Origin: Octopus sinensis
Lineage: Eukaryota
Assembly (NCBI RefSeq): GCF_006345805.1
Contig: NC_043001.1
Span: 39,928,001-39,992,000 of the forward strand
Direction of reading: 5' to 3'
DNA length: 64,000 nucleotides
This document shows positions 13,801 to 27,315 of the stretch, one piece after another. Every line of letters starts with the position of its first letter. Position 1 is the first letter of the stretch. The notes beneath the pieces were generated by a model that saw only the letters and a program-made list of their open reading frames with translations, was not told the origin of the DNA and did not search any database. Both the position numbers and the translations under genes were made by a program.

Positions 13801-15742
13801 TTTTGGATGCTTGACAATAAGATTCACAGAGTGATAAGCAATGGTAATGGAATTAGGATATAAATAGGAATTGATGATGATGATAGTGCTGATGCTGGTA
13901 GTGGTGATGGTAGTGTGGCAAGGACATTAATGATGGAAGAGAAGGAGGAGGAGGAGGAGGAGGAGGGAAGGGGAGTACTAGTAATAATAGTAGTATATTC
14001 TTATCATACATTTCAACAGGATATTAATTTTTTTCCAAGATGTCAGATTTCCATGCTTTGTGCTCTTTGCATTGGCAACACAGAGAACATCACTGATATT
14101 TCTACGATTAAAAGTGAATGGGGAGTTTGAAGGAAAACTTTGATTTCTACATTCCAACCTCACTTCTGGGATAGGGTTTCCTTTTGCAGAACAGTTTACA
14201 ATGGATGCTTGATTCTCAATTAATGTCACATTCTCTGATGCAGTAATATCAGGTATATCTATAAATAAAAATAAATATATAAAATTTTTAAAACACAGAA
14301 AATGTTTGAGAAACTATGAAACATTTTGCTATCATTTATTATGAAATTTGTTTAATTCTTTAAATCCTAACACTGAGCAAGGTAGGCAGTTCCCAACACT
14401 GGCTGCCAGCATGAAAATCACTGAAAATTTTCTTAAAATTGACTTGCAGCTAAACAACAGCAATTATTAAACATTAAGTTATGATTACTATAAGCTATAA
14501 ATATTTTCTGTATATAGCTGCATCATCTGGTGAATGAGGCAATTAAAACTCACAAACACAAAGGTTTCTGAAAATGAAACATATTTTAAGTCATTTATAT
14601 ATCAAGACAGCATTACCTCTCACAACAGACATGTGCCACCACAGCTAGAATTTTTATTATATAATGCAAACAATACATGCAGTCCAACATATAATGAACA
14701 TGCTAGGTACTTTTGCTCTAGATATCACATATCCAGTTATAGACAGCCCCTAAGCATTCTATTAATAGTCTAAATGCAAAAGACCTACTGAAGTAAATTC
14801 AACTGGAGCTATTCAATAATAATGACAAGTACACTTATTAATGTATTCTTACATACACTATGTATGAAAAAATAGGATGGTCATAGAAGGAATACTTTCA
14901 GTCACAAATCTGCTTACTGGTGGTGGTGGTTATGGAAATGAAGTGAAGTGAAACATGGTGTGGGCTATTATATTACTTTCAGATTGTTTCCCATGGATTG
15001 GTATTAGTTATGGAATGGTCAATGCAACACAGAAGTGATAGTCTACAAAGCATTGTAGCGTCAACCAATGTCAATGGAGTAACACATGTACAGAAATATG
15101 TTGAGGCAACAAACAGCTTTTTGAAGGCCAGATCCTCTTTTAGAACCCAGGAAATTTTGAACCAGATATATAGTGATTAAAAGATGAAGCAATGCTATAA
15201 CATTCTAGGCCATACCATATCTGAATGGAAATAGAAAATGCAAGCCCTGCTTGATGGATAGGAGAATGAGACTAAAAAGTTCACACTATCTTAGCACATT
15301 CCTAAACTCAAACAAGCAGAATATTTGGATGCTGCCCTTAAGAACACAAATTCATTTTAGTCTGTAGAGTTGGCAGTGTTGCCTGGGTGTGGCAGTTGAC
15401 ATGAGGCTGATAGTAGCATTCTGACTAGATGTATTCTGTGACCAGTAATGTATTGCTCAACAATATAGAAATATATATTATATATTATATATATGTATAT
15501 ATGTATATACATATGGTATGAAATTCAACAAGTCACAGAGCACCTGGTCAATAAGCTATCCAGGGTTTCCTGACTGGAAAAATCAAATTTATTTTGTCAT
15601 TTCTCAAACCTGGTAATGTCAATATGGTAGGTTAACAATTACATATGAGCTAGTTTAAATGAGCACATGAGGTCATTTAATCACTTGAGAAATGGTGAAA
15701 TAAATTAACTATTCACATGGTTTTTGTGTGGTTTTATTAATA

Positions 15743-15786
<44 letters not shown>

Positions 15787-18700
15787 GTGTGCATATGTGT
15801 GTGCATGTATGTGTGTGTGTAGCCAGTCACCTGATAACTTATTAATCTGGTGGCCAAACTAACCAGATTGACAGGGTCCCCCACCACAATATCTGGCAGG
15901 TAATGCAGAAGCTAGGGATCAATGAGTGGTTGGTGAGGGTCATATATGTCATGTACAAGGATGCTGTCAGTAAGGTGGAAGTTGGCAATGAGTATAGCAG
16001 CAAATTCAGTATACATGTAGGAGTACACCAGGAATCGGTTCTCAGCTCCGTTTTGTCTATCATAGTCCTCCAGACCATAAGAGAGGAATTTAAGACAGGC
16101 TACCCTTGGGAGCTCATCTATGCTGATGATCCTGTTCTTATAGCTGAATCACTACCAGAACTAGAGAAAAAATTTCAGGTGTGGAAGCAAGGTCTGGGAT
16201 CAAAGGGCCTTAGAGTTAAATTAGCAAAGACCAAAGTCTTAGTTAGTAGGAAAACAGACAAGTCACAAATCCTTTCAGCAAGATGGCCCTGCTCAATATA
16301 TAGAAAAGTGTACATAGAAATTTCAGGCATACCCAGTGCAAGTTATGGACACATAAGAGTGTCTATGTAGATAGGTTGTAGATAGTTTCTATCACTTAGG
16401 TGACTAAATTAGAAATGGTGGAGGATGCACTGAAAGTATTGTTTCTAGAATAAGAATTGGATGGAGGAAGTTCAGAAAGCTATTACCTCCATTGGCAACA
16501 AAAAGACTCTCCCTCAGAGTGAAAGATAGACTGTATGATGCTTGTGTGTGAATGGCTATACTCCATGGTAGTGAGACATAGGTTTTGAATGCAGATGACA
16601 TGCGTAGCCTGGAGAGAAATGTTGGATGTGCAAAATCAGTGTGCATGTACAACAAAGTGCAAATGTATTGAGAGAAAAGTTAGGCATAAGAAGAATCAAA
16701 TGTAGCATACAAGAGAGAAAAATATGCTGGTTTGAACATGTGATGCATATGAATGAGGACAGCTGCATAAAGAAGTGCTGATCACTGAAAGTGGATGGTA
16801 CCAGTAGGAGAGGGAGACCCAGGAAGACATGGGATGAAGTGGTAAGGACTGATTTCAGGATGTTGGGCCTCATGTAGGAAATGACAATGGACCAAGATGT
16901 CTGGTGATATGAGATTCTTGAAAAGACCTGCCCACATCAACGAAACTGAGACCTAGAAGTGCTGTGTGTCCCACCCACACTTATCAAGAAAACTTCTCAC
17001 ACACTCTGCCACAACAAACCAAACTACATTTCTTTATTTCCTCATATTTCTACTTCATGCACTGTGCTTACCTCCCACTTCCCAATCCTGTCCCATTGTA
17101 TCATTGCTCTCCACTAGCCCCCGTTCTGTGTGTTTCACCCACACAACAAGAAAACTTTTCATACACCCTATCCCAACAAACCAATCTACATCTCTACATC
17201 TCTTGTCTTCCTCACATTTCCTCCTTCATACACCGTGCCTACCTCTCACTTCCCAATTCTGTTCTCACAGCCCTGTTCCTCTGTATCATTGCTATCTGGT
17301 AGCCTCCTGACTCTTTATATACCCAGGTTTTCACCACTACCACTCTCTGCATTCTCTAATCATGCTTCCTAACAATATTCTGCCACTTATATTATGATGT
17401 TTGAACCTCAACAGTATGCCTTGGCACTTGCCACCATCTATATCTCTCTCTTCCTTTACTCAACCATCGCATTTATATTCTGATCCCTGTCCCTTTTGAG
17501 TATACCCAGCATTTCACCACCATCTCTATCCTGCTGTCCTCCATTCTCTCCCTCCCATGCACTTCCCTCAGGTTGGGTAACCATATATTTCCTTTGCCTG
17601 TTGATTACCTAACACCCATCCTCCCATTTTTCTTCTAGCTATGGTACACTCAGTTACTATAATCATATGAGAGCAGAATCTGCATATATTTCATCATCTT
17701 TTGCTACCAGTTACTTGCCCTTTCCCTGGAACAACTTCTGTTTAAAATTCATCCCTCATGTTCAATATCATCCTTTTCACCTTCATTTTCCACTAATCAC
17801 CCCATTCTATATCTCTAGATACCTCTCCTTCTCCCCTGAGATACATCTTATGACTACTATACTACATCTTTAACACCCTTTCAAATCTGCTATCATTCTT
17901 ATCACACTCTTATATCTGCTATGGTCAATCTCCCACCCCAACTGTATCTGCCACTCAAAGAGGTAATCCTACATACCTCTGATCTCCACCTCTTTCACTA
18001 TGAATCTTCCTCTCTCTTCTCTCCCTCTCCTACCTCACATATTATCTCCTTATTTCTGATTTCTTTAAATGTTTACTACACAACTGCTCTCCATCCTTCC
18101 TGTACTGCTATTTATCACCTCCTCTTCTTTAGGCACTTCAATTTTTTTCACACACCCCACCTCCACCAAACTAATACTTACAATCGACCATATCTCCATC
18201 TTTGTTCATCATTCACTACATTCCTCTCTGTTCCAATCTTCTCTCACACACTTATGAACTTACCTGTCCAGCTTTACCAATTCTCTGTTTGTATTCTCTC
18301 TTATTCTCCCCTTCTTGAACTTTGGGAGAATGCTCTAACACCTCATCACCACAATCTTTACTTCTTTTCAGGCAACTTACACCCTCTGTTATATGATGAA
18401 GAGTAGCCAGGTATCTCTTCTGTAGCAAGACATCCATACCTGTCTAACTATCATATTTTAGCTTCTCAACACCTGGCATAAATCTCCTCTCTCTACTACA
18501 ACCCTATTTTTTCTTTGTCTTATGAGTTACTTGGCAACCCCATTAGTGCTGGTGCCTCAAAGAAAGCATTCAGAATATACTGCAAGAAGTTGGCACTAAG
18601 AAAGGCATCTTGTTAGAAACCTCTGGCTTGTTGGATTCTGTCAAACCATCTAACTCATACAGCATGGAAGTTGGACATTAAATGATGATGATAATGATTT

Positions 18701-21700
18701 AGTTAGTTAGAGAAGGGCAGTAGAAGGATTGGTAGAGCTCAAACAAAATATCATGCAACTTTTTGTTACAATTTTCATTTAATTACCAGTTAAATATTGA
18801 GGTCAATTTAAAAACTACATACTGTCCCAAAATACCAGGCCTTCTACCAATATTAGAGATCTTTATTTAATCAGAGAAGGAGAAACAGTATCTATGATAC
18901 TTGCAGAACATCTCAGATCAGTTAAGTTGATGATGTTGATGTTTAGTTTGATTTCCTGCAAATTTATGATTATAGAGAAAATATCAAGAAGGAAGTTTTG
19001 CAGAGCTTTATTTCCAAAATAAAAAGAATGAATAAAGTAGTTAGTACAGGGCTTGGGAATAAAACCTAAGATAATGATAAAAGGACAGCTATATGCATCA
19101 GATAAGTCTGGTTGGAAGTGGTATGGTAGAAGGCGGCGAGCTGACAGAAACGTTAGCACGCCGGGCGAAATGCTTAGCGGTATTTCGTCTGCATTACGTT
19201 GTGAGTTCAAATTCCACCGAGGTCGACTTTGCCTTTCATCCTTTCGGGGTCGATAAATTAAGTACCAGTTACGCACTGGGGTCGATGTAATCGACTTAAT
19301 ACCTATGTCTGTCCTTGTTTGTCCCCTCTGTGTTTAGCCCCTAGTGGGTAATAAAGAAATAGGTATGGTAGAAGAGATGAAGAGAGGAAGGAGAAAAAAT
19401 TGAAGGTTCCAAGTTGTTATATGTTATAAAGTGAATCCTTTTAAGGGATGTTGTCTACAATGTGTGTATGTACATGTAGCAGCAGAACTATCCCAGATAT
19501 CAGAGTAGTATTCCAATGTGGGCTTTTTTCTAAGAGGATAATAAACTGATCAGAGCTGAAATATTTTCCAACTCGGGAGAATAAGTTTAGTCTTTGGAAT
19601 GTTGTATTGACAAAATTATATATGTATTTACAATAAAGTATCATTAGAGACTTAATAGTTTTCAGGGTTTTAGTTGTATGTTGTTCATGCACAGAAAAGG
19701 TACAGAGTTGCAAGACTATTCTTTAATATGTGTTGTGATTACATTTTAAAATGCTTATAAAGAATGCTATTTTGTCATGACCCCAATGGAGGATGATTTA
19801 AAAGCCTCTGCTAATGGACAAATCATAATTTTTTCATTATGTAACAAGGTTGTGTGGAAGGTTGAGTTGGAGTAAAAGGTAGTATAATCTGAATAGCAAT
19901 GTGTTGTTAGAAGAGACAGTGAATATAATGTTTATGTAAATAATGTACAGTATCAGTAAACAAAATGTGGCTCAGAGAAACATGTTGTGAGGAAGTAGAC
20001 TTATCAAAAACTTCCATTTCAAGTTATTTTGGAAAAACAAAGAAAATTAATCATGAAGAAATTTCATAATAAAAAGTAATCTTAAGAAAAATATAAAAAG
20101 ATCACAGTACTTTTCTGTATTGAATGCAAATAATAAATTATTTCATAGATGTATAATAAAATTTTAAGATTTCAACTTACATTCAACATTGATCCAATGC
20201 TTTTTATGTAATCTACATTTCTTATAGCATCTAGATGAAACATAACATGTGTAAACCTTGTTATTTAGTTTTCGATGAATTTGAGGAAGTGTGATGTTTT
20301 TTGAGGTACTGTTATTTGGATTCCACCTGTAATTATATTTTTCTGGATATCCATTTATTGTCTCACAATGCAAATTGCCTTCTTGGCCTTCAAGAAAGGG
20401 TTCATCACTCTGATTTTTATCTTTTCAGGTGAAGCTGAAAAAAGAAAATCAAATTACCTATATAAATAAAGGCACAGGTGTGGCTGTGTGGTAAGAAGCT
20501 TGCTTCCCAACCACATTGTTCAGGGTTCAGTCCCACTGCATAGCGCCTTGGGCAAGTGTCTTCTACTATAGCCCCAGACCGACCAAAGCCTTCTGAGTGG
20601 ATTTGGTAGACAGAAACTGAAAGAAGCCTGTTGTAAATATATATATGCATATGTTTGTGTGTCTGTGTTTGTCCCCCCACCATCACTTGACAACCAATGT
20701 TAGTGTGTTTACATCCCTATAACTTAGCGGTTCAGCAAAAGAGACCAATAGAAAAGTACTAGGCTTACAAGGTATAAGTCCTGGGGCTAATTTGTTTGAC
20801 TGAAACAAGTAAAATAAATAAAAGAAAAAATACTTTCATAAAGATATTTGTTTTTTCTAGTTATTGAATCAACAATTGAAATTTCCAGTTGCATTAAAGA
20901 TAAGGCGATGTATTCAAAATGGGAAAATTTTAAACAAGTTTTATGTTCTTTAAGAGTTGCAAAATGTTTAAACTGTTACAAAATAGGCAACACAAAATTT
21001 CAAATTATATCTAAAAATACATATTGATATAAGAAATCCTTGTATTTAAGATCTTCATCAGAGTACCATTCAGATTTTCAAAATATTGACAAAATCTGAT
21101 TTCAAAGTTGCAAGTTTCAGAAAAAAGAAGTTAGAATAGAAAGAAACATATTGAATATAGGTTTACATTAATTTCACATCTAATGTTACTAAAATGAAAC
21201 TAAATATCAAAAAATGTAATGAAATATTAGGTTTTTATGAATTGTGATTGTTGAATTTAATGCCAAGCTAAAAATAAAGGTGATTAATAAAAAAAAAATT
21301 AAATAAAATCTATCAATGCTAACTTTTCATAAAATTTTACCTACATTTCTCCAATTTCATAAGTTCATATACACTACACAGTCTGAACTTGGAGTTTTTT
21401 ACACACAAAATCCCAAAATAATATTCATTTATTACCATCATATCATGATTTTAAAATGCTGGATCCATAGAAAAAAATTGTTTTTTCAATAAAACAACTT
21501 ATGAGGAAAAGGCAAGCATACAAAGATTCATAGAAACTGGTTTTTCTTCAAAACCAAAATGTTGTCTTAAACTTCTATTAACAAACTAATAGAAATCTAA
21601 AAAAATCAACAGACAAATTACAACATTGTTTATGCCTAAATTCCTATGAATTTGCACTTGGATGATTTTCTTGAGTGCTAAAACTCAGGAAGATCATGAG

Positions 21701-22995
21701 CTGAGTTCCAACAATATTCCATCATCATATGCAAGTCCCATCTGCCTTGATGCCTTTGTTCCATTGATTTTATGTTCTGATAGAAATATTCTCTCTTTTT
21801 ATTACTTATGTCTTCAAAATTTTCAAGGAATTTATCAAAGTGAAAGTGTAGATAGTGCAGGTTTATCCTCATATTTGCTCCCAATTTTTGAAAGCATATT
21901 ATCAATTATTTTGGCATAGTTGGCATTCATATTGCCCAGAAAGGTATTTACAACTATTACAAATGAATTCTGTATTGTTGCTTCACTGCTTTTAATGCTT
22001 AATTGAATTTACAGTGTTCCTATTTTTCATCAGTTTTCTGATTCGAGGCCATTCAAATATTCCAGTTTTATCATTACACTTTCCAGACTGGAGAATGTGA
22101 TGCAAGTATAATGAAAGCATAATCAATCTTTATCCAAAGTTTTAACAAACTGCTTCATAATGCCAAATTTGATACAGAGAAGAGGTAGCATGATTTTTCC
22201 TGTTTGAACTAAAGGTTCTTTAACCACATTAAAAGACCCTGGAACTAATGTTTGCAACAGCCATTCTTTGGTCACCCACTGTTTTTTCCCTGATTCTGCT
22301 GTTCCACATACATAAAAAGCATAGACATTTGGTGTATCCACTTTATTGCTCCAGAAGAAAATTGATCATCTTAAAGTCCATGTATATCACCTACGGCGGG
22401 TGGTGTGAATATCTTGAAATTTAGATATGATGGTAAAAAAATGGATTGCATTTTTTGATTCAGCATATCAAAAACAACCTTCAAATCAGGTAATAATGTC
22501 CTAACAGAAAATAACTGTTGGGTTGTGTTATTAATTTCTTTTTACTTTCCTCAAAACAAACACGAAGCATGAATTATGTCATCAATAGACAATTTTCTCA
22601 AATAAAATTTAAAAGGCTCGTGAATATTCAGTTATGCAATAGTACTTATCTATTTATATCAAAATTTGACCATAAATTCATTACCTCTGAATTTCAATTT
22701 ATATAATAAAGTTACACATGAATTCCAACATTACAATTAGAAACACTAGCAGAAAGACTGCCCTCCGGATGGTTTTCTGTTAGCCACTCAGTAATATTTC
22801 CATATTTGATTCCCAATTCTAATAATTTTTATGATATTTTATGTCTAATTATTTTTTTGTATAATAGTGCTCACTTGCTTAGTAAGTATTGCTTTCGTTA
22901 TTTTATCACAGTCATAATCTCTCTTTTTTAGAGTCAATCTGTTATATATATTTATCATTAATAATTGAAAGAACTTACATAGGTGTGCATAGATG

Positions 22996-23050
<55 letters not shown>

Positions 23051-26000
23051 GGATGGATGGATGGATGGATTAATACACACACTCACACACACACATACAC
23101 ACACACACATACAAAAGTCTGGTGCTGTGAGAACACATGGGAATGACATTTCCTTACTTTTACAAATATACTCAAATTTAAAATGATCTAATATAATGAT
23201 ATCATTCATTCGACATGTGCTGAAATATGCCAAAACAATTTAATTTTACACAAATATATGTTACTTTACATATAATTTCTGTGTTAATTCTATTTACTGA
23301 AACTTGCTAAAAAGCATATTTTGCTTTAAAATAGTATCTCCTTGTAGACACAATTGTCAGTAATCATACTGTTTCCACTTCTCTCAGCCAATATTTTTAC
23401 ATTAGCCTTCTTTCAAACTCTAGATAATGCAACATAGAGCTGACCATGTGAGAAGAATTGTGTCAGAAGATATATTCCAATTTGGTCAAAAGTCTGTCCC
23501 TATGCTTTGTTGCATGTCAAGGCAAAAGCTGGCTTGACAGGAAATTGTTTGCATGTAAATGTGAATAGTAATTCCATTTCTGGAGATACATGTGGTATTC
23601 TTGGGATTAGCAAAGTTGACCCTGCATAAGGACCAGAAGCAACCTCAGCCTCAATAACATGATCATGTAAACTGACAATGATGTAGTGTGTTCCATTGCA
23701 ATGTCCATTAGTAGCATCTAAATTTCTCAGAAGCATTATGCATCATTTTTTCTTCAGTTTGAGAATGTGAGGTGGAACTCCTGACGGTGTAAGTTTGTTG
23801 ATGAACTCGATTGGGTACAGAGTTTCATTATCAACTGTATCTGAGTTTCTGTATGTTTTTAGCTCACCAGGGATCCTGGTCAATAGAAAATCATTCACAA
23901 ATTGTGCTGCTTCATTTGTTGGAGTAACAATGGTTCGATTTGCAAGCCACATAGGGTTTGTGAAGTTATGTTTTTAGGTCAGCATATACAAAATCACAAA
24001 CGTCATTGGGTAGGTTGATTTTGAATTCACCTAGGCTTTGTTCAACAGAAATGTTACCGTTTCTTACATCAACAAGGTAATTAGCAAACTCTCTTTCATC
24101 AGAATAACTTTCTGTAAGCAGTCTTAGATTAGTTGTCTACTCTACTACTTCCATATGATTGCAAAGAAAAGATCTCTATAGTGTTGCTTCAACAATTTGT
24201 GACCTGACACCATTATTTTGAAGTAGAATATTCTACTCTTGAGATACCCTAACCAGTTGGTCATATGTAATGGAAACAGAATCATGTCTATGTCTCCATG
24301 CATATTCAGGCATCTGTTTCAGTCGCTTTGCCCTGGTTTCATCTAATTCAGTTGCCCATCTTTCTCCCTGCCATTGTGCCTTTGCTGCTAAATTTTCTTT
24401 TTCAGATGCATATCATTTATAAATGAAAGCTCATTAAAAACTATCTTGTTCAGCATGCTAGAAATAGCAGCGATCACATAGTTATTATTGTAAGGCTTAT
24501 AGTGTTCCAAGTAGCCATACCAACAAAATCACTTCTTCATTTAAAAAAAAAAATTATACCGATATATTAAAGAATTTTCATTTTCTCAAAAATATTCATT
24601 TAACAAACTTGGGAAACTGATAATATTCTTGAAATTGTGCTTCAAAGTTATACAGATATTTTGTGTAAACATGAAATGAAAAAGTCATATAAGTGAAAGC
24701 TCGTTAAAAACTGTCCTGTTTAGCATGAAGAAATAGCAGCAATCACATAGTTATTATTGTAAGGCTTATAGCATTCCAAGTAGCCATACCAACAAAATCA
24801 CTTCTTCATTTAAAAAAAGAAAAATTATACCAATATATTAAAGAATTTTCATTTTCTCAAAAATATTTGTTTAACAAACTCCAGAAACTGATAATTTTCT
24901 TGAAATCATATCAAACTTGTACAGCTATTTTGTGTAATAGCATGCATCCATTCAGCACAAAATCCCTTAATAATTATACTGGTATATTAAAAAATTTTCA
25001 TTTTATCAAAAATATTCATTTAACAAACTCTGGAAACAGATAATGTTCTTGAAATTGTGTTTCGTATCAAAATTATATAACTATTATTAAATTATCATTA
25101 ATGAAAATAGAGGCAAGTGAGAATGAGAGACTGTTGCAAATACAAATGTAAAAATGTTGCCTGCAACGAATTAATAGTGTTTATTATTAAAATCTACTCT
25201 GCATTGAATGCATTGAATGCAATAAATATTTAAATTCATGAAGAATTTGACACAGTGAATGCAATGATTATTTAAATTTGAAAAATTTGGAGTTAAAAAA
25301 ATTCAATAAACTTCAGAAATCGAAATTATAGGTAATCTCTAAGAATATGAATTTATAAAAATATTTCCAGACGGTTAAGCTTTTAATATTGCTTTCTTTT
25401 AGTACTTTTAGTAATTGTTACATACCTAATTAATAAGCAGTTTTCTCCATTATAGTATAGATTGTTTCAGAAAAATAAAACAACTTTAACCCTGACCAGC
25501 CCATTTTGCTATCACAGAATATTGCTTATTGTTCACTTCACTCAGCAAAACCAACATCCAATCCAACATATACAAAAGACTATAATCTTACATTTTCATA
25601 ATTTTCTTGAGAGAAAAAAACAAAAACTGAAGATAAAAAGTTTTCACTTATACTCACAGCAAACAGTTATATTCTTTTCATGAGATACATTTGCAGCAAT
25701 ATGAGAACCCAGACACTTGACTATTTGATGAGATTTAGAGGGAATTACTCTAAGTTCAACATCTTCTTTACTAGTATTTGATATATTTTTATACATCAGG
25801 GTCACACTTGCTGGTGGATTGCCACCTTTCCAACTACAGTGAAATTTCATTGGTGTACCAGCACATACTTTTGCCCCAGGAACATTTAAAATGATCTTTT
25901 TCACTGGGGTATCTATGAATTTTAGAAAATAAATAGTTAAAAGAAAAAGTTATTCCAAGCAGAATAAAAAAAAAAAAAGAAAAAGAAAAGGCAGAATTAT

Positions 26001-27281
26001 ATTTTGCATAAAACCACAACAGTTTTTTTTTCAAAATTTTGTTAACATAATTCTAATAATAAAGATTTGAATATTAGCAAGAGAGCATAAATGTTTGGAG
26101 AAAAACATTTTGTAATAAATCAGAATAACAATAATAATCATTTCTAATTTAGGTCAAAGCCAGCAATTCTGAGTGAAGGGACAAAGTCAATACTGTTGAT
26201 TCAAGACTAGCACTTTATTGTATTGATTTATGAATGATGGCAAGCAAAGTTCACTACAGTGGGATATGAAATCAGAACTGCCCTAACTAGATAATGCAAG
26301 GTATTTTGTACCATGTTCTACTGATTCTGCCAACTCACTACCTGATAATAATAACTGTTTCTGATTTAGGCGTAAGACCATCAGTCTCGACGGGAAGTAG
26401 ATGGGTTAGTTGATGCCATCAACTTTAGTATCAGGTTAATTCTATATTTTATTGAACCTAGAAGAATGAAAGGCAAACATGATCTCATTAAGAAATGAAC
26501 TAAGAACATAAACAGCTGCATTAAATACTTCAAGGTATTTTGTCTAATCCTCTAATAATTTTGTCAGCTCATTGTCTGAATAATAATAATATACCTTACT
26601 ACTATCAGCACAAGGCTTAAACTTTTGGGGTAAGGGGCTAGTCAATTACATCAACCCCATCACTTAACAAGCGGCGAGCTGGCAGAAACGTTAGCACGCC
26701 GGGCGGAATGCTTAGCGGTATTTCGTCTGCGTTACCTTGTGAGTTCAAATTCCGCCAAGGTCGACTTTGCCTTTCATCCTTTCGGGGTCGATAAATTAAG
26801 TACCAGTTACGCACTGGGGTCGATGTAATCGACTTAATACCTATGTCTGTCCTTGTTTGTCCCCTTTGTGTTTAGCCCCTTGTGAGTAATAAAGAAATAG
26901 GTACTTATTTCATTGACCCAGTAAGGATGAAAGACAAATTTGACCTCAGTGGAATTTGAACTCAGAGCGTAAAGATGAATGAAATGTTACTCAGCATTTT
27001 GTCCAGCATGGTAATGATTCTGTTTGCTTACCTTCTAAATAATAATAATCATTTCTACTAAAGGCACAAGGCCTGAAATTTGAGGAAGAGAACTAGTCGA
27101 TTACATTTACCCCTAGTGTTTCACTGGTACTTAATTTATCAACCTTGAAAGGATGAAAGGTCGAATTTGCTTTTATCCTTCCGGGATCAGTAGAATAAGT
27201 ACTAGTTGAACACTGGAATCACCTGAAACAGCTGGCCTTGTGCCAAAATTTCAAATCATCATCATCATCATCATCATCACC

Positions 27282-27315
<34 letters not shown>

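Noticed and set aside
12450-15300. Possible old LINE fragments (12450-12800, 14880-15300) and an antisense SINE (13430-13560)
   Set aside because: Too decayed to assign from motifs I can verify.
16964-18437. Several Pro/Leu/Ser/His-rich ORFs
   Set aside because: Pyrimidine-rich RTE 3'UTR, which is stop-poor by composition; the same applies to 47875-48350.
19132-19210. tRNA gene
   Set aside because: A/B-box-like head only; it continues into a SINE body with a TSD and has no full cloverleaf.
18863-19290. ORFs of 137, 67 and 65 aa
   Set aside because: Translations of SINE family 1, not genes.
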